A DNA stretch of 64,000 bases, taken from Alphaproteobacteria bacterium (lineage in GTDB: Bacteria > Pseudomonadota > Alphaproteobacteria > MPNO01). Shown in pieces: positions 61,275-64,000 of this stretch (position 1 is the stretch's first letter; every line of letters begins with the position of its first letter). Location: contig OZ219866.1 in NCBI GenBank assembly GCA_964291675.2, positions 3,520,001 to 3,584,000 of the forward strand. The letters are read 5' to 3'. Position numbers and translations under genes: made by a program. The notes beneath the pieces were generated by a model that did no database searches, was not told where the DNA came from, and saw only the letters and a program-made list of their open reading frames with translations.

Positions 61275-61546
61275 GTCATGCCCGGACTTGATCCGGGCAC
61301 CCATGCAGCCTCTCGGCGCGCACAACGGCCCGTCGGGAGGGGCGGCGGTGGGTGGCCGGATCAAGTCCGGCCATGGGTGCCCGGATCAAGTCCAGGCATG
61401 ACGGGGGAGGGGCATGACGCGGGCACCCATGCAGCCTCTGGGCGCGCACAACGGCCCGTCGGGAGAGGTGGCGGTGGGTGGCCGGATCAAGTCCGGCCAT
61501 GGGTGCCCGGATCACCCCCGGACTCGATCCGGGGGCCGGGCATGAC
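61275..61546. repeat. Family A REP-like composite, tandemly duplicated
   Basis: ~90-nt unit GGGCACCCATGCAGCCTCT..CACAACGGCCCGTCGGG..GGATCAAGTCCGGCCATGGGTGCCCGGATCA at 61295 and 61421. Confidence 0.85.
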
Positions 61547-61773
61547 GAGGGAGGGGCGTGACGCGGGAACGTGCTGCGCGCGGGGAGGGCGCGTATCGAA
61601 GGGCGCTTGTCCAGATAAACTGGCGGGCGGGCGGCTGGCGCGGATCGACGAGGGAACCGCCGCCCGTCCAGCAATCTGGACAAGCCTCCATCGAAGGACC
61701 GTGGCGCGAGGCGAACCTCGCCCCTCGCGCGGCGCTTGCGAGGCGGCGGGCGGGGTCGCATGATCGGCGCGCG

Positions 61774-63429
61774 ATGGCGACCAGACCGGACCTCGATCCG
61801 CATCCCGGGCGGCGGGCGCGCGGCTACGCCGATTTCCAGGAGCATCTGGCGGCGCTGGAGGCGGCCGGGCTGCTGTATCGGATCGACCGCGCGGTCGACA
61901 AGGATTCGCTGCTCCACCCGCTGGTGCGCTGGCAGTTCCGCGGCGGGCTGGCGGAGGCCGACCGCAAGGCGTTCCTGTTCACCGACGTGGTCGATGCCAA
62001 CGGGCGCGGCTACGACTTCCCGGTCGCGGTCGGCGCGCTGGCCGCCAACGCGGCGATCTATGCGATCGGCATGGGCGTGCCGGTCGAGGAGATCGGCGAG
62101 ACCTGGCGGCGGGCGATGCGCGCGCCGATCCCGCCCGAGCTCGTGTCCGACGCGCCCTGCCACGAGGCGGTGCTGACCGGCGCCGCGCTCAAGGGCGCGG
62201 GCGGCGGGCTCGACGGGCTCCCGGTGCCGATCTCGACCCCGGGCTACGACGCAGCGCCCTACCTCACCGCGACCTGCTGCATCACCGCCGATCCCGAGAC
62301 CGGGGTGCAGAACATGGGCACCTACCGGGCGCAGCTCAAGGCGCCCGACCGGATGGGGCTCAAGATGTTCGTCGATCTCGGCCAGGGCGGCTACGACCAC
62401 TGGCTCAAATGCCGCGACCGGGGCCGCGAGCTGGAGATGGCGATCGTGGTCGGCTGCCCGCCGCCCGTCGCCTATTGCGCGCCGCAGAAGATCGCCTTCG
62501 GCACCGACGAGCTCGCCGTGGCGGGCGGCATCGTCGGCCGCCCGATCAACGCGGTGCGCGCGAAGACGGTCGACCTCCTGGTCCCCGCCGAGTCCGAGTT
62601 CGTGATCGAGGGGAGGATCGACACCGAGTTCCTGGAGCCCGAGGGGCCGTTCGGCGAGAGCCACGGCCACATCAACCTGGAAGAGTACAATTTCGTCTTC
62701 GAGGTGACGGCGATCGCCCACCGGCGGGACGCGGTCTTCGCCTCGATCGTCAGCCAGGTCACGCCGTCCGAATCGAGCGTCGTCAAGCGGGTCGCCTACG
62801 AGCCGCTGTTCCTCGACCATTTGCGCGAGCATCTCGGCATCAGGGGGGTGCGGCGGGTCTCGATGCACGAGCCGCTGACCAACCTGCGCCGGGTGATCGC
62901 GGTCCAGCTCGCCGAGGACACGCCGCGCACCGAAGTCTGGCGCGCGCTCTACGGCACGACGTCGTTCCAGCAGCCCTGCGGCAAGTACGTGATCGCGGTG
63001 AGCCCGGACATCGACCCGGAGAACGCGGATGCGGTGTTCTGGGCGATGGCCTACCGCGCCGACCCGCAGCGCGACACGGCGATCCTGCCGCATCGCGACC
63101 GCGGCCACGGGCCGAAGGGGACGGACGAGGAGTCCTCGCTGCTGGTCGACGCGACGCTCAAGGGGCCTCTGCCGCCGGTCGCGCTGCCCAAGCGCGAGTA
63201 CATGGAGCGCGCGCGCGTGCTGTGGGACGAGCTCGGCCTGCCGGCGCTCCGCCCCGAGCCGCCCTGGCACGGCTATTCGCTCGGCGACTGGTCGGAGAAG
63301 TGGGACGCGGACGCGCGCCGCGCCGCCGCCGGGGGTTGGCGCGACAACGGCGAGCGGTCCCGCCAGCGGCGCCGCAGCGGGGTGCGGCCGAACGATCTGC
63401 TGCGCGCAAGCGAGGAAGGCGCGGAATGA
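61774..63429 (+). CDS. UbiD family (prFMN-dependent) decarboxylase
   Basis: KAFLFTDV, QNMGTYR, EPEGPFGESHG, PSES, DATLK. Confidence 0.9.
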   Translation: MATRPDLDPHPGRRARGYADFQEHLAALEAAGLLYRIDRAVDKDSLLHPLVRWQFRGGLAEADRKAFLFTDVVDANGRGYDFPVAVGALAANAAIYAIGMGVPVEEIGETWRRAMRAPIPPELVSDAPCHEAVLTGAALKGAGGGLDGLPVPISTPGYDAAPYLTATCCITADPETGVQNMGTYRAQLKAPDRMGLKMFVDLGQGGYDHWLKCRDRGRELEMAIVVGCPPPVAYCAPQKIAFGTDELAVAGGIVGRPINAVRAKTVDLLVPAESEFVIEGRIDTEFLEPEGPFGESHGHINLEEYNFVFEVTAIAHRRDAVFASIVSQVTPSESSVVKRVAYEPLFLDHLREHLGIRGVRRVSMHEPLTNLRRVIAVQLAEDTPRTEVWRALYGTTSFQQPCGKYVIAVSPDIDPENADAVFWAMAYRADPQRDTAILPHRDRGHGPKGTDEESSLLVDATLKGPLPPVALPKREYMERARVLWDELGLPALRPEPPWHGYSLGDWSEKWDADARRAAAGGWRDNGERSRQRRRSGVRPNDLLRASEEGAE

Positions 63430-64000
63430 CACACCGGATCGCGGTCGTCGCGGGCGACGGGATCGGCACCGAGGTGATGCCCGAGGGCATCGCCGTGCTG
63501 GAGGCGGCGGCGCGGCGCTTCGACATCGCGCTCGCCTTCACCGGGTTCGACTGGAGCTGCGCGGACTACGCGCGCACCGGCCGGATCATGCCCGAGGACG
63601 GGCTCGACCTTCTGGCCGGGTTCGACGCGATCTATCTCGGCGCGGTCGGCATGCCGGGCGTGCCCGACCACGTCTCGCTGTGGGACATGCTGATCCCGAT
63701 CCGGCGCCGCTTCCACCAATACGTCAATTTGCGCCCCGCGAAGCTGTTCGAGGGCGTGCGCTCGCCGCTCGCCGGGCGCGGGCCGGACGACATCGACATG
63801 ATGATCGTGCGCGAGAACGTGGAAGGCGAGTACTCGCAGATCGGCGGGCGGATCTACCCCGGGACCGAGGACGAGGCGGCGATCCAGCAGGCGGTGTTCA
63901 CAAGGCGCGGCTGCGACCGGATCATGCGGTTTGCCTTCGAGCTCGCCCGCACCCGCCCGGCGCGCAAGGTGACCTCGGCCACCAAGTCGAACGGCATCGT
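63426..64000 (+). CDS. Tartrate/D-malate dehydrogenase (isocitrate/isopropylmalate DH family), 3' truncated by window edge
   Basis: IAVVAGDGIGTEV, GAVG.PGVPDHVSLW, NLRP, RENVEGEYS, SATKSNGI; ATGA overlap with UbiD. Confidence 0.88.
   Translation, partial: MTHRIAVVAGDGIGTEVMPEGIAVLEAAARRFDIALAFTGFDWSCADYARTGRIMPEDGLDLLAGFDAIYLGAVGMPGVPDHVSLWDMLIPIRRRFHQYVNLRPAKLFEGVRSPLAGRGPDDIDMMIVRENVEGEYSQIGGRIYPGTEDEAAIQQAVFTRRGCDRIMRFAFELARTRPARKVTSATKSNGI

Noticed and set aside
61275-61546. Repeat-spacer-like pattern suggesting a CRISPR array
   Set aside because: Repeats alternate in orientation, the intervening sequences are themselves duplicated, spacing is irregular and no cas genes are present; this is REP-like.

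Overview
A 64-kb, very GC-rich (roughly 70% by eye) bacterial window, most likely from an alphaproteobacterium (aap/TRAP transporters, alphaproteobacterial-type palindromic repeats). The two autotransporters resemble those of host- or sponge-associated Rhodospirillales, which is an inference. Catabolic and transport genes form the backbone: TRAP plus Rieske oxygenase, aapJQMP, a racemase/thiolase/OB-fold-SDR/cyclase/CoA-ligase cluster, GntR-ThDP enzyme-frc, kynU, luxE-luxC-SDR, UbiD and tartrate dehydrogenase. Defence-type genes are interspersed: a type IIG restriction-modification gene, HicAB, two VapBC-type pairs, a low-GC ApeA-like HEPN gene, and a RecQ-PRTase fusion paired with DprA. Most large intergenic gaps carry REP-like hairpins, and these are targeted by nested mobile elements. 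An IS4-family element sits in a hairpin with an 11-bp target duplication. An IS110 with a highly structured upstream (bridge-RNA-like) region appears to be inserted in the terminal repeat of another element, and an IS256 lies nearby. Two perfect parS sites lie at about 35.1 kb. The best candidates for something new are the RecQ-PRTase/DprA-wHTH pair, the autotransporter carrying tandem Cache domains, the IS110/TIR/REP nesting with readable guide-like segments, and the luxAB-less luxE-luxC-SDR module. No tRNA, rRNA or CRISPR array was seen. All family calls come from motif recognition by eye, not from database searches.
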